Part shown: positions 19,445-28,354 of the stretch, in pieces
How the letters are laid out: each line of letters opens with the position of its first letter
Numbering within the stretch: position 1 is the first letter of the stretch
Program-made: the position numbers and the translations under genes
From: Promethearchaeati archaeon SRVP18_Atabeyarchaeia-1
Lineage (GTDB): Archaea; Asgardarchaeota; Atabeyarchaeia; Atabeyarchaeales; Atabeyarchaeaceae
Assembly (NCBI GenBank): GCA_037308085.1
Contig: CP147779.1
Span: 1,568,001-1,632,000, forward strand
DNA length: 64,000 bases
Direction: 5' to 3'
The notes under the pieces: model-generated
What the model saw: the letters and a program-made list of their open reading frames with translations, nothing else
Told to the model about the DNA's origin: nothing
The model's database searches: none

Positions 19445-19630
19445 ATGTGTTGCCGTTGCAATTGTGAACAGCATCATCATGAGGAAGGACGAGAAGATGA
19501 ATACGGCCTATGCCACACAAGGCGTTTCCTAACTAAAGCAGAGAAGACTGAGAAAATGAAGGGCTATGCAGAGGAGCTAAGGAAGGAACTTGCAGCAGTC
19601 GAAGAGCACATCAAAGAATTGGAAAGCTAA
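19445..19630 (+). CDS. Small Cys/His-rich coiled-coil protein
   Basis: MCCRCNCEQHHH...RRFLTKAEK...ELAAVEEHIKEL; GAGGTGA SD. Confidence 0.8.
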   Translation: MCCRCNCEQHHHEEGREDEYGLCHTRRFLTKAEKTEKMKGYAEELRKELAAVEEHIKELES

Positions 19631-19844
19631 GGGTAGTCGCGAAATAGACGTCCAAGAACTGCGTTCCCCCTTTCCAATCGCGGGATCATAGTCAAGAACT
19701 GCTTACCTAAAGAAAGAACCAAGTCAGAGAAGGAACCCCCATTTGGGAAACAATGAGTCAGACTGAGACCGGGGAGCGCACAAACCTGCTAGGATGAGGC
19801 TTTGGATTGCAGATAGCTTCTGAGAACGAAAGGAGACTGGAAAT

Positions 19845-20774
19845 ATGACTGCGGAAGACGCCATTGAAGTCTCAAATCTAACCAAACACTATGATAACCT
19901 ACTGGCGGTCGATCACATAAGCTTCGAGGTTAGGAAGGGAGAGATCTTTGGCTTCTTGGGTCCCAATGGTGCTGGCAAGACAACTACGATTAGAATGCTC
20001 ACTGGTATCATCAAACCTGATGACGGCGCGGCTTCGATCTTGGGCCATGACATTCTGAGAGAGGGGCTCAAGAGTAGACAAGTAACAGGGGTCGTTCCAG
20101 AAATGGCGAATGCCTACATTGACCTCTCAGCCTGGGGAAACCTGACACTGATGGGCGAGTTATATGGAGTACCCAGGAGGCAGAGAGAGAAGAGCGCCTC
20201 TGCGCTCCTGAGAAAAGTCAGGCTATATGATCGAAGGAATAGCCTTGTAAGAGGATTCTCAAGAGGAATGAAGCAGAGGCTGCTATTGTGCATGGCACTC
20301 GTCAGTGAGCCACAAATTCTCTTCCTAGACGAACCCACGTCAGGTCTAGATGTCGAGAGCCAATGGTTGATAAAAGATATGATTCGTGAAATCAACAAAA
20401 GCGGAACAACTGTGTTCTTGACAACACATAACATGGAAGAAGCTAACCAGCTCTGCGATAGAATAGCAATCATCAATCACGGCAAGATCGCAGCGATCGA
20501 TACTCCAGAGAAGCTCCGCATGCAAAGCAGCGGATTGAACTCCGTCGAGGTAAGCTTCGAAAAGGCGATACAAGCTGAAGAATTGATGAAAATCGAAGGT
20601 GCAAGAGAGGTCAAAAAAACTGGGGATAAGATAAGACTGTACACAGATCAGCCAAGCATAGTACTCGAGAGGATTGTTGATTTTGCGCGCTCAAGGAGGC
20701 TCAAAATAGTCACCCTCAACACGTTAGGTCCCACTCTAGAAGACGTATTCCTAAGACTTGTGAAGGAAAGTTAA
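19845..20774 (+). CDS. ABC-2 exporter ATP-binding subunit
   Basis: GPNGAGKT, FSRGM, FLDEPT. Confidence 0.95.
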   Translation: MTAEDAIEVSNLTKHYDNLLAVDHISFEVRKGEIFGFLGPNGAGKTTTIRMLTGIIKPDDGAASILGHDILREGLKSRQVTGVVPEMANAYIDLSAWGNLTLMGELYGVPRRQREKSASALLRKVRLYDRRNSLVRGFSRGMKQRLLLCMALVSEPQILFLDEPTSGLDVESQWLIKDMIREINKSGTTVFLTTHNMEEANQLCDRIAIINHGKIAAIDTPEKLRMQSSGLNSVEVSFEKAIQAEELMKIEGAREVKKTGDKIRLYTDQPSIVLERIVDFARSRRLKIVTLNTLGPTLEDVFLRLVKES

Positions 20775-20780
20775 GGGAGG

Positions 20781-21548
20781 ATGATGCGATTCTTGGGCAA
20801 ACATGTTTATTCGGAGCAGTTCAAACGGTCTCTTGCGATCGTCAAGAAGAACATACGGATCTACTACTCTAAGGGGCCCGTAATCACTTTTGGTCTTCTG
20901 ATACCATTCTTTCTTTTTCTTTCGTTCTATATTGGGAGGAGTTCAAGTGTTGAGGATTTGATACCCGGGTTGCTTGCAATAACTGTCTTCTTCACAGCTA
21001 GCTCGGTGGGGCCCGCAATAGTTCCTTGGGAAGCGAGATCAAAGACTCTCGAGAGGCTCGTATCCTGTCCCGTCTCAATCTGGACGATCTTTGTCGGCGA
21101 CATGCTTTCATCCTTCCTGTTCGGGGCCATTATCTCAGTATTTCCTGTGATCATCGGCTTGTTGCTAGGCGTGGAGATAGCCAGCCCGCTATTGCTTGGA
21201 CTCGGAATAACTGCGGGAGCATTATGTTTTGCAGCTTTGGGAGTGCTCATGTCTGCCTATCCGCCGACAGATGTTCCAGCGACCATAATGATGCTGTCTT
21301 CTATGATCAAGTTTCCGCTGGTTTTTATAAGTGGTATCTTCATTCCCATTCAAGAGCTGCCGGACTGGGGCAGAATAGTCTCCTCATTTTCTCCGTTGAC
21401 ATATTTCACAGATCTGGGGAGGAGCTCAATACAAGGCTACAGCTACTACCCCTATTGGCTGGACATCGTGGTCGTGGTCGCATTCGCAATTGTCTTCTTG
21501 GTCTCAGCCGTGAAACTTCATGAACGCACAATACAGAAACGACTTTGA
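20781..21548 (+). CDS. ABC-2 type permease
   Basis: 6 TM; FISGIFIP...FSPLTY. Confidence 0.92.
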   Translation: MMRFLGKHVYSEQFKRSLAIVKKNIRIYYSKGPVITFGLLIPFFLFLSFYIGRSSSVEDLIPGLLAITVFFTASSVGPAIVPWEARSKTLERLVSCPVSIWTIFVGDMLSSFLFGAIISVFPVIIGLLLGVEIASPLLLGLGITAGALCFAALGVLMSAYPPTDVPATIMMLSSMIKFPLVFISGIFIPIQELPDWGRIVSSFSPLTYFTDLGRSSIQGYSYYPYWLDIVVVVAFAIVFLVSAVKLHERTIQKRL

Positions 21549-21730
21549 GACGCACAAAGATGAAGCGAATATCCTCTACGAGGAAGAAGAAAAAGGTGCA
21601 CCCTCGCTCGTCCTAGCGCACGGGGCAGCAATCGTCAGCTGGCAGCACGCGACCTCGCTGATTTGTGGAACAGTCCGCTGACTGCCAAGATGGCAGTGAA
21701 GGTGGGCGCTTTGGGGTCTCTGGATGAATC

Positions 21731-22207
21731 TTAATCCTTTTTTGTTTTCTTCCTCTTGTTGTATCTGTACTGGTAGTATCCGAAAGAACTCATCATAATG
21801 AAGAAGGAGACCACAAGCATATTTCCATAGAAGTTTGAGACTAGGTATCCATACCAGTTCAAGCCTATACTTCCGATGAAAAGGAGCAGAAGGTAAACAG
21901 TGAGGCCGATTGGCCAACGGTCAGGATGATGATAGGGCTTCTTTCGAGTGATTAAACGATACCAAAGGTCGTAGACCAGATAGATGATTATGGGTAGTCC
22001 TGCTACCAAACGTCCTGAATCGTTGCCAATTAAGAGGTTCACCACCCAAAGCAGAGTGAAGGGTATCAGCTGGAGACTGAACACAGGGCTCAACTTCCAC
22101 TCCAGCTTTTCGAGTTGGTGAGCACGCAACAGATATACGACTATCAGGAAAGCATAGAAGACCAGCGCAAAGAAGATAACAAGATTATCGATAAGAACTT
22201 TATCCAT
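21731..22207 (-). CDS. Hypothetical membrane protein
   Basis: Five hydrophobic segments. Confidence 0.7.
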   Translation of the reverse strand: MDKVLIDNLVIFFALVFYAFLIVVYLLRAHQLEKLEWKLSPVFSLQLIPFTLLWVVNLLIGNDSGRLVAGLPIIIYLVYDLWYRLITRKKPYHHPDRWPIGLTVYLLLLFIGSIGLNWYGYLVSNFYGNMLVVSFFIMMSSFGYYQYRYNKRKKTKKD

Positions 22208-22401
22208 GAGACAGAGCCAACCTGATATTTGACAAGAATTGAGGATAAGAATGTTAGAGTCTGGGGATTCAATACGGTCCTAACTGTGCATATAACGTTT
22301 TCAAGCGCGCGATTTATCTCTTTTTCTTCTGCTGCTTCCTGCTGCTACGTTGAAGCGCTCTACTAGGATAACTACGATGATGGCTCAGTCAGGGACTGCA
22401 C

Positions 22402-22456
22402 CGAAAGACTCTGGCACCAAGCAGTGTTTGAGTGTAGTTCCCCTATAGCGCGCGCT
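22402..22456 (+). repeat. Degenerate hairpin repeat copy plus AGCGCGCGCT
   Basis: CGAAAGACTCTGGCACCAAGCAGTGTTTGAGTGTAGTTC. Confidence 0.7.
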
Positions 22457-22565
22457 CATAGAAGGGGGGGATGAGAGTTCTTGATGTCCACATAGGTATG
22501 CCTTTAATACTTTGTTGAGTCAAGGTTTTGCAGAGTTCGAGAAGTTGTACGGGCTGGTTCTGAGC

Positions 22566-23147
22566 ATGACAAGAAAGAAGGTTGGAAGCAAGCCTCTCCT
22601 TTTCCCATTCCCGGTCACGATAGTCGGGGCAGATGTCGGTGGAAAACCAAACTTCATGGCGATCGGATACATTGGAATAATCGATGACACACCATCCATG
22701 ATCGCACTAGGATCACTAAAGAGCCATTACACAAACAGAGGCATCATTGAAAACAAGACCTTCTCTGTCAACATCCCAACAGAAGAGATGCTCCAAATCA
22801 CCGACTATGTAGGGACAATCTCCAGGGAGAAGGTAGACAAGTCGAAGCTATTCGATGTCTTCTACGGTAGGCTGAAGAACGCACCAATGATAGAGCAGTG
22901 CCCAGTCAACCTTGAATGCAAGGTTCTCGATATCCTAGAAAAAGGGGGCACGTATTACAACATCATTGGCGAGATTGTTGAATCTTATGTTGACGAGAAA
23001 TACGTGACTGGAAAGTACCCGGACATCGAGAAGATGAAACCTATGGTCTTCTCAGTAGCCGGCGCCAAGTACTACTCAATTGGCAAGTACCTTGGAACTA
23101 TGGGGAGCGCGAGCAAGGACTTCAAACGCGAGATAAAAAAGCAATAG
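22566..23147 (+). CDS. Flavin reductase-like (flavoredoxin) protein
   Basis: PFPVTIVG...FSVNIP...APMIEQCPVNLEC. Confidence 0.9.
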   Translation: MTRKKVGSKPLLFPFPVTIVGADVGGKPNFMAIGYIGIIDDTPSMIALGSLKSHYTNRGIIENKTFSVNIPTEEMLQITDYVGTISREKVDKSKLFDVFYGRLKNAPMIEQCPVNLECKVLDILEKGGTYYNIIGEIVESYVDEKYVTGKYPDIEKMKPMVFSVAGAKYYSIGKYLGTMGSASKDFKREIKKQ

Positions 23148-23377
23148 CCTTCAGCAGCGCGCGCTAATTGAAACCAGAGCCAGGCGGAGAGGATGGTGTG
23201 GTGGCACTTCTCAGATAATATTTCGCAGAGACTAGCAGAGAGATCAGAAGAGGCGATGTGGAGCTACCCTAGACGCATAATGCATGGTCTCGGTATTGAG
23301 CGGTCAGCCAGACGCTCAAAAGTAATATCAATAGTGCAGATCGGAGGGGCGAGAGAACGGAAAAAATACCGCCGTCT

Positions 23378-24139
23378 TTGGCGAAATCGGGCGCGAAGGA
23401 AATACTAGAACGAATGAAATCAATCTCAGGAGGAAAAGTCTTAGATGTCTGCACGGGAAGCGGTGATTTCATTCAAGCCTTGGTACAGACCCTGAAGGAT
23501 TTTGTTTCCTTCGTAGGAGTTGACGTGTCAGAGAGGGATTTGGAAGCTGGAAAAAAGCGCTTTGTGGGCAGACCTGTAGAGTTTAGGAAAATGGATGCAA
23601 GGATTCTGGAATTCCAAGAAAACAGTTTTGACACTGTCACCATGGCCAATTCAATGCACCATCTTGACGAAGTAGGGAAAGGGCTGGATGAAATGAAACG
23701 TGTTTTGAAGCCCGGAGGGTACCTTATCGTCAATGAGCCATATTGTGATGGTAGGCAAAACGAAGCGCAGAAGACAGACATACTCAAACATCACTGGACT
23801 TCTGAGATTGATTCATTGTTGGGAATCACTCATCATTACACATTCACCAAAAAAGAGATCAAAAGGTTGATCGCTAGGCTTGGATTAAGGGATTTCGAGA
23901 CGCTTGATTCCGCGCGCTATGTCAAATGCTTGTATTGCGAACGAATGTATGAGTGCGAAGACCCAAGAAGTGAAAACCACCTCAAAGACATGATAAAGGA
24001 GATCAACGAAGATCTCGAGCGCTTGAAGACACACCCCGAAGCGAGAAAACTAGGACAGGAGGGCGAGAAGCTGAAGGAGAGAGTCAAGAAAGTCGGCTCC
24101 GCGGACGCCTCAAGCCTGTTTCTCATTGGTACTAAGTGA
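23378..24139 (+). CDS. Class I SAM-dependent methyltransferase
   Basis: VLDVCTGSG, FDTV, RVLKPGG. Confidence 0.9.
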   Translation: MAKSGAKEILERMKSISGGKVLDVCTGSGDFIQALVQTLKDFVSFVGVDVSERDLEAGKKRFVGRPVEFRKMDARILEFQENSFDTVTMANSMHHLDEVGKGLDEMKRVLKPGGYLIVNEPYCDGRQNEAQKTDILKHHWTSEIDSLLGITHHYTFTKKEIKRLIARLGLRDFETLDSARYVKCLYCERMYECEDPRSENHLKDMIKEINEDLERLKTHPEARKLGQEGEKLKERVKKVGSADASSLFLIGTK

Positions 24140-24210
24140 CAGCCCCCCTAGTTCTCTTCGGTCACTTCTTGGGTTTGCGCAGATACTCTGGAATTGGAAC
24201 ATCCCTGCTC

Positions 24211-24380
24211 ATGATCCAAAATCGAGGAGAGGAGGGTGAGATAGCTGTCCGCAACTTCCAAGTAGAGCCAAGTGGAATGATCCTTGAAGCAGTTTCGGGA
24301 GGAAATTGACACGAGGACTGCGCGCTCCTTTCTGGGAAAGACGGCACCGAAAGACTCAAAGACTCGCCAGTATTTGAGTC
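24211..24380 (+). repeat. Long (170 bp) copy 2 of the dispersed hairpin repeat; core at 24348-24380
   Basis: 148/170 identical to 8461-8630. Confidence 0.92.
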
Positions 24381-24540
24381 CAAGTTTCCTCCAAACACTT
24401 CTTTTTGAAAAAGAGCTTTCAGCTCTGATTCAGACTGACCTTGATCAGTCTTAAGAGAAGCATGCAGTGCAGAGAAAACGAGGTTTATCGACGTTGGCAG
24501 ATTCTCGACAATTCAAGTGTCTCAACCCCGTCGAGCTCTC

Positions 24541-24804
24541 TCAGGGTCGGTAGACTCTCTTTCTGAGGTCCAGATTAACCAAGACTATTATGCTCTCTTT
24601 TTCGTAGATCTTGAATAGTGCTCTATACTTTCCAAGGCGCAATCTGAAGGTATCCTCTTCTCCAGCAATCTTGACAATGTCCAGTTTGGCACTCGGAAAG
24701 TCTTCGAGTTCTCTGAGCTTTTCTATTACCCGTGTCCTACTGCTGGCATCCAGCCTCCCAATAGCTGATTCAACTTTTCTGTGAAGTAGAACCCTGAACT
24801 TCAT
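24541..24804 (-). CDS. RelE/ParE family toxin
   Basis: FRLRLGKYRALF...DLRKRVY. Confidence 0.9.
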   Translation of the reverse strand: MKFRVLLHRKVESAIGRLDASSRTRVIEKLRELEDFPSAKLDIVKIAGEEDTFRLRLGKYRALFKIYEKESIIVLVNLDLRKRVYRP

Positions 24805-24976
24805 CGAGAGGCGTCAACTCACTCAATTTCCTTTCCTTGATCATATTGTCAGCTTCTCTGAGCAGTCTGTATTCTTCTGGTGTCAAGAAGACGTCTTCAA
24901 GGAACTCGCGCAATTCATCGATCTTTCTGTCGATCTCCTTGACTTTGTTTAGAACTGATGAACTCGTGGAAACCAC
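24770..24976 (-). CDS. Putative cognate antitoxin
   Basis: Small acidic ORF (LTPEEYRLLREA...TPLDEV) overlapping the toxin start. Confidence 0.75.
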   Translation of the reverse strand: MVSTSSSVLNKVKEIDRKIDELREFLEDVFLTPEEYRLLREADNMIKERKLSELTPLDEVQGSTSQKS

Positions 24977-25147
24977 CAATCCAGAGTTAATGGAGCGTGT
25001 CTTAAAAAGTCTTCCCAACCCAGTCGCTGTTTCATCAAACCACTGTGAAGCATTCAGACAGTCTTGGAAAGCTATTGCTCAACCGCTGGAACAGTCTTAG
25101 GCTAAGCTTTTGTTGTTTTCAGTTGGCTTAAGATTCTTGAGCCCCAA

Positions 25148-25180
25148 CGAAAGACTCAAAGACTCGACAGTATTTGAGTC
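25148..25180 (+). repeat. Hairpin repeat core copy
   Basis: CGAAAGACTCAAAGACTCGACAGTATTTGAGTC. Confidence 0.9.
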
Positions 25181-25477
25181 CAGTTCACCGTCAGCCCATC
25201 TTTTTGACTCGAAGGCTTGTTGCTGTGCCTCATACAGGTTCCTAGGGTAACGCCTCCGTCAGTAGGCGCTTCTGGCGTTGTCAAGGGTCGAAGAAGATAG
25301 CCTCGAAGAACTTGGAGTTGCAAGCCCATAAGCATTAACTGCGCGTAACATACCTATCTGATGGACTCAATAGAATAGCCATAACTATTTAATTCGAAAA
25401 GTCCAATGATTACTTGAAGTAAGCTATGATGAAAGAGAAACGTTGGCTTAAGAAAGGTTGGAAGTGAAGTCAAAGAT

Positions 25478-25684
25478 ATGCGTCAAGTTATCCTTTATCT
25501 TGGCGAAGATGGCTACTGGGTTGCTGACTGCTCCAGTCTACCTGGATGTGTTAGCCAAGGCAAGACAAAGGAAGAGGCTATCGCCAATATTAAGGAGGCC
25601 ATCCAAGGTTACATCGAAGCATTGCAGGATGACAATATGCCTGTGCCTGCTGAGCATTTTGAGGCTATCGTGGTGGCAGTATGA
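25478..25684 (+). CDS. hicB: HicB family antitoxin
   Basis: LPGCVSQGKTKEEAIANIKEAI. Confidence 0.92.
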   Translation: MRQVILYLGEDGYWVADCSSLPGCVSQGKTKEEAIANIKEAIQGYIEALQDDNMPVPAEHFEAIVVAV

Positions 25685-25902
25685 GCAAACTACCCCTCAT
25701 CTCGGGTCGTAAGTGCGTAAAGGCGCTGGAAAAGACGAATTTCTATATCAAGAGGCAAAGCGGAAGTCACATAATCCTGCGCCGCGACGATCCTTTCACT
25801 CAAGTTGTAGTCCCTGATCATAAAGAGCTCGACTGAGGAACTCTGCTAGCCATCATAAAACATGCCGGTCTGACAGTCGAAGACTTTATGAAGCTTCTTT
25901 AG
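25681..25902 (+). pseudogene. hicA: HicA toxin with an in-frame TGA at 25834
   Basis: MSKLPLISG...RQSGSH...VVVPDHKELD*GTLLAIIKHAGL; absent from the ORF track. Confidence 0.88.
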
Positions 25903-25965
25903 AATAGAACTTGTGCGGGTCTTGCCAGATTCACCGCACCAAGGTCATTTGCTGGATGCCCGCGC

Positions 25966-25982
25966 CGAAAGACTCAAATACC
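25966..25982 (+). repeat. Partial hairpin repeat copy
   Basis: CGAAAGACTCAAATACC. Confidence 0.6.
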
Positions 25983-26297
25983 AAGATTCTCACTAACTTG
26001 TAAGGACGGCTCAGATTTGAGATCCGTTGAGGTGAACCACAAGATGGTTTGGAGGGATATACAAACCACGGTCTGAGTATCAGGAACTTGTTTTGTTATG
26101 TGGTTACTCCGCCAGTAGTGGTTCCCGTCGCCTTCACCAGTTCTGCATGATTTCCTCCGCTGCGATACCTCTTTCTCCATTTCGTATTATAGAAGAAGCT
26201 AGAAGAGAGCTTTTTTCAGAGGAGGTTATCTTTGTGAACCAACGTGGACAGAGGCAGAGATGGAAACGAGGAGCCGTTAAGGAGATGAATAAGCAGA

Positions 26298-28220
26298 ATG
26301 TCTAAGAAGCAGAAAGAATCAGTAGGAGTCGTGGAACTCACTTTCCCTGATGGTTCGAAGAAGCAGTACCCTAAGGGGGCAACTGCCCTTGAAGTCGCGG
26401 GCAGCATCGGCCCTAGACTTGCTGCAGACGCAATAGCGGCGAAGCTCGATGGGCTACCAGTCGACCTCAACATGCCAATCGAGAAGAACTGCAGGTTCGA
26501 GATTCTCACTTGGGAGTCGAAGGATGGGAAGGAGGTTTTAAGACACTCAGCCGCACATGTGCTCGCTCACGCTGTGATAGAACTGTACCCGAAGGCTCTG
26601 ACAACGATTGGACCCGCCGTTGAGGACGGCTTCTATTATGACTTCGATATGCAACCGCTCAGCTCTGAAGATCTTTCGAAGATCGAGGCAAAGATGAATG
26701 AGATCATCAAGGCAGATCTTCCGTTCAAGAGAACGGTCGTGCCGAAGAAGAAGGCTATCGAGCTCTTCAAGGGAAATAAGTACAAGATCGAGCTGATCAA
26801 TGAACTTGGCGGTGACCAGGTCTCGGTTTACGAGCAGGGTGGATTCAAAGACTTCTGCAGAGGGCCCCACGTTCTTAGCACCGGCAAGATAGGTGCAGTG
26901 AAACTCAGGAAGGTGGCTGGGGCATACTGGCATGCAGACGCCAAGAACCAGCAGCTCCAGAGAATCTATGGGGTTGTGTTTCCGTCGGAGAAGATGCTCA
27001 AAGACTATTTGCACATGCTTGAGGAAGCAGAGAAGAGAGACCACAGGAAACTGGGTCGCGAGTTGGATCTATTCAGCCTGCATGAAGAAGGTCCGGGCAT
27101 GCCTTTCTTCTTGCCCCGTGGTCTAGCTCTGAAAAGCAAGCTCATTGAACTGGAAAGAGAAGAGCACAGGAAAAGAGGGTACGTCGAGATACAGACGCCA
27201 CAGATCCTAAGCAGCAGCCTTTGGACACACTCAGGCCATATGTCCTACTACAAGGACAACATGTATTTCACGGAGATCGAAGGTGCCCAGTTTGTAGTGA
27301 AGCCAATGAACTGCCCTGGAGGATTGCTGGTCTACAATGAGAAGAAACATAGTTATCGGGAGCTGCCACTTCGTGTAGCTGAGTTTGGAATGGTACACAG
27401 GAACGAGCTATCGGGAACATTGTCAGGGTTATTCAGAGTGAGATGCTTCACACAGGATGATGCCCACATCTTCATGGCTCCGGAACAGGTCCGCGACGAA
27501 GTCACAAGGCTGATTGACTTCGTAGGAGATATGTACAGGATCTTTGGGTTCGATTTCCATGTTGAGCTCAGCACACGACCGGCGAACTCAATAGGGACGG
27601 ACGAGGCATGGGAGCAGGCTACTAATGGGCTTAAAGATGCGCTTGAGCACAAGAAGATGAAGTACAAGATCAACCTGGGCGATGGTGCCTTCTACGGACC
27701 GAAAGTCGACTTTCACATCAAGGACGCCATTGGCAGGACATGGCAGTGCGCAACGATCCAGCTCGACATGAACTTGCCCGAACTATTCGACATAAACTAC
27801 GTGGGTGAAGACGGGAAGGAACACCGGTGCGTCATGATACACAGAACAATCTTTGGGAGCCTAGAGCGATTCATGGGAATCCTCATCGAGCACTACGCTG
27901 GAAAATTCCCGCTGTGGCTCAATCCGCTGCAAGTGATGATAGTCAATGTCGCTGAAAGGCACTCGGAAGCCTGCGCTGAACTAAAAGAGACACTCGCCCA
28001 GAAAGGGATACAGGCACAAGTCGATCTACGCAACGAGACGGTCGAGGCAAAGATAAGAGACGCCCACCTCCAGAAGGCCAACTACATTCTGGTGGTGGGG
28101 GACAAGGAAGTAAGGGACGGCACGGTGACGGCGAGAACGAGAGATAACGTTGTTCTAGGATCAGTGAAGACAAATGACTTCATAGATAAGGTGCAGGAAG
28201 AGATCAGGGAAAGGAAGTAG
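26298..28220 (+). CDS. thrS: Threonyl-tRNA synthetase, bacterial/eukaryal type
   Basis: TGS domain, HSAAH and DFCRGPH editing motifs, KPMNCP, FTQDDAH, GSLERF. Confidence 0.97.
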   Translation: MSKKQKESVGVVELTFPDGSKKQYPKGATALEVAGSIGPRLAADAIAAKLDGLPVDLNMPIEKNCRFEILTWESKDGKEVLRHSAAHVLAHAVIELYPKALTTIGPAVEDGFYYDFDMQPLSSEDLSKIEAKMNEIIKADLPFKRTVVPKKKAIELFKGNKYKIELINELGGDQVSVYEQGGFKDFCRGPHVLSTGKIGAVKLRKVAGAYWHADAKNQQLQRIYGVVFPSEKMLKDYLHMLEEAEKRDHRKLGRELDLFSLHEEGPGMPFFLPRGLALKSKLIELEREEHRKRGYVEIQTPQILSSSLWTHSGHMSYYKDNMYFTEIEGAQFVVKPMNCPGGLLVYNEKKHSYRELPLRVAEFGMVHRNELSGTLSGLFRVRCFTQDDAHIFMAPEQVRDEVTRLIDFVGDMYRIFGFDFHVELSTRPANSIGTDEAWEQATNGLKDALEHKKMKYKINLGDGAFYGPKVDFHIKDAIGRTWQCATIQLDMNLPELFDINYVGEDGKEHRCVMIHRTIFGSLERFMGILIEHYAGKFPLWLNPLQVMIVNVAERHSEACAELKETLAQKGIQAQVDLRNETVEAKIRDAHLQKANYILVVGDKEVRDGTVTARTRDNVVLGSVKTNDFIDKVQEEIRERK

Positions 28221-28354
28221 AGCCACCTGCAAGTGGATCTCCACGGTGCGTGGAGCAAAACTCCATTTTTTTTGTGGCATTTTTCTGAGCAAAAATCTTA
28301 ATACAGCTCTTGAGTCTACTTCATTGATGCGGGGAACGGGAGTTTCGGGAGATC

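Noticed and set aside
21556-21681. Possible alpha/beta hydrolase N-terminal relic (ILYEEE..GAPSLVLAHG)
   Set aside because: Too short to support without a search.
23378-24139. ArsM arsenite methyltransferase
   Set aside because: Lacks the recognisable ArsM GCG motif and Cys spacing, and is 8 kb and three repeat copies away from acr3.
25834-25836. Selenocysteine TGA in hicA
   Set aside because: The position corresponds to a basic residue, not Cys; a CGA>TGA transition is simpler.
8598-25982. Dispersed ~33-bp repeat as a CRISPR array
   Set aside because: Copies are 0.8-7 kb apart with whole genes between; no uniform spacers and no cas genes.
8598-25982. Repeat as canonical integron attC sites or as simple terminators
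   Set aside because: No RYYYAAC/GTTRRRY ends and no intI. Copies also occur between divergent genes in fixed orientation, which a terminator role does not explain.
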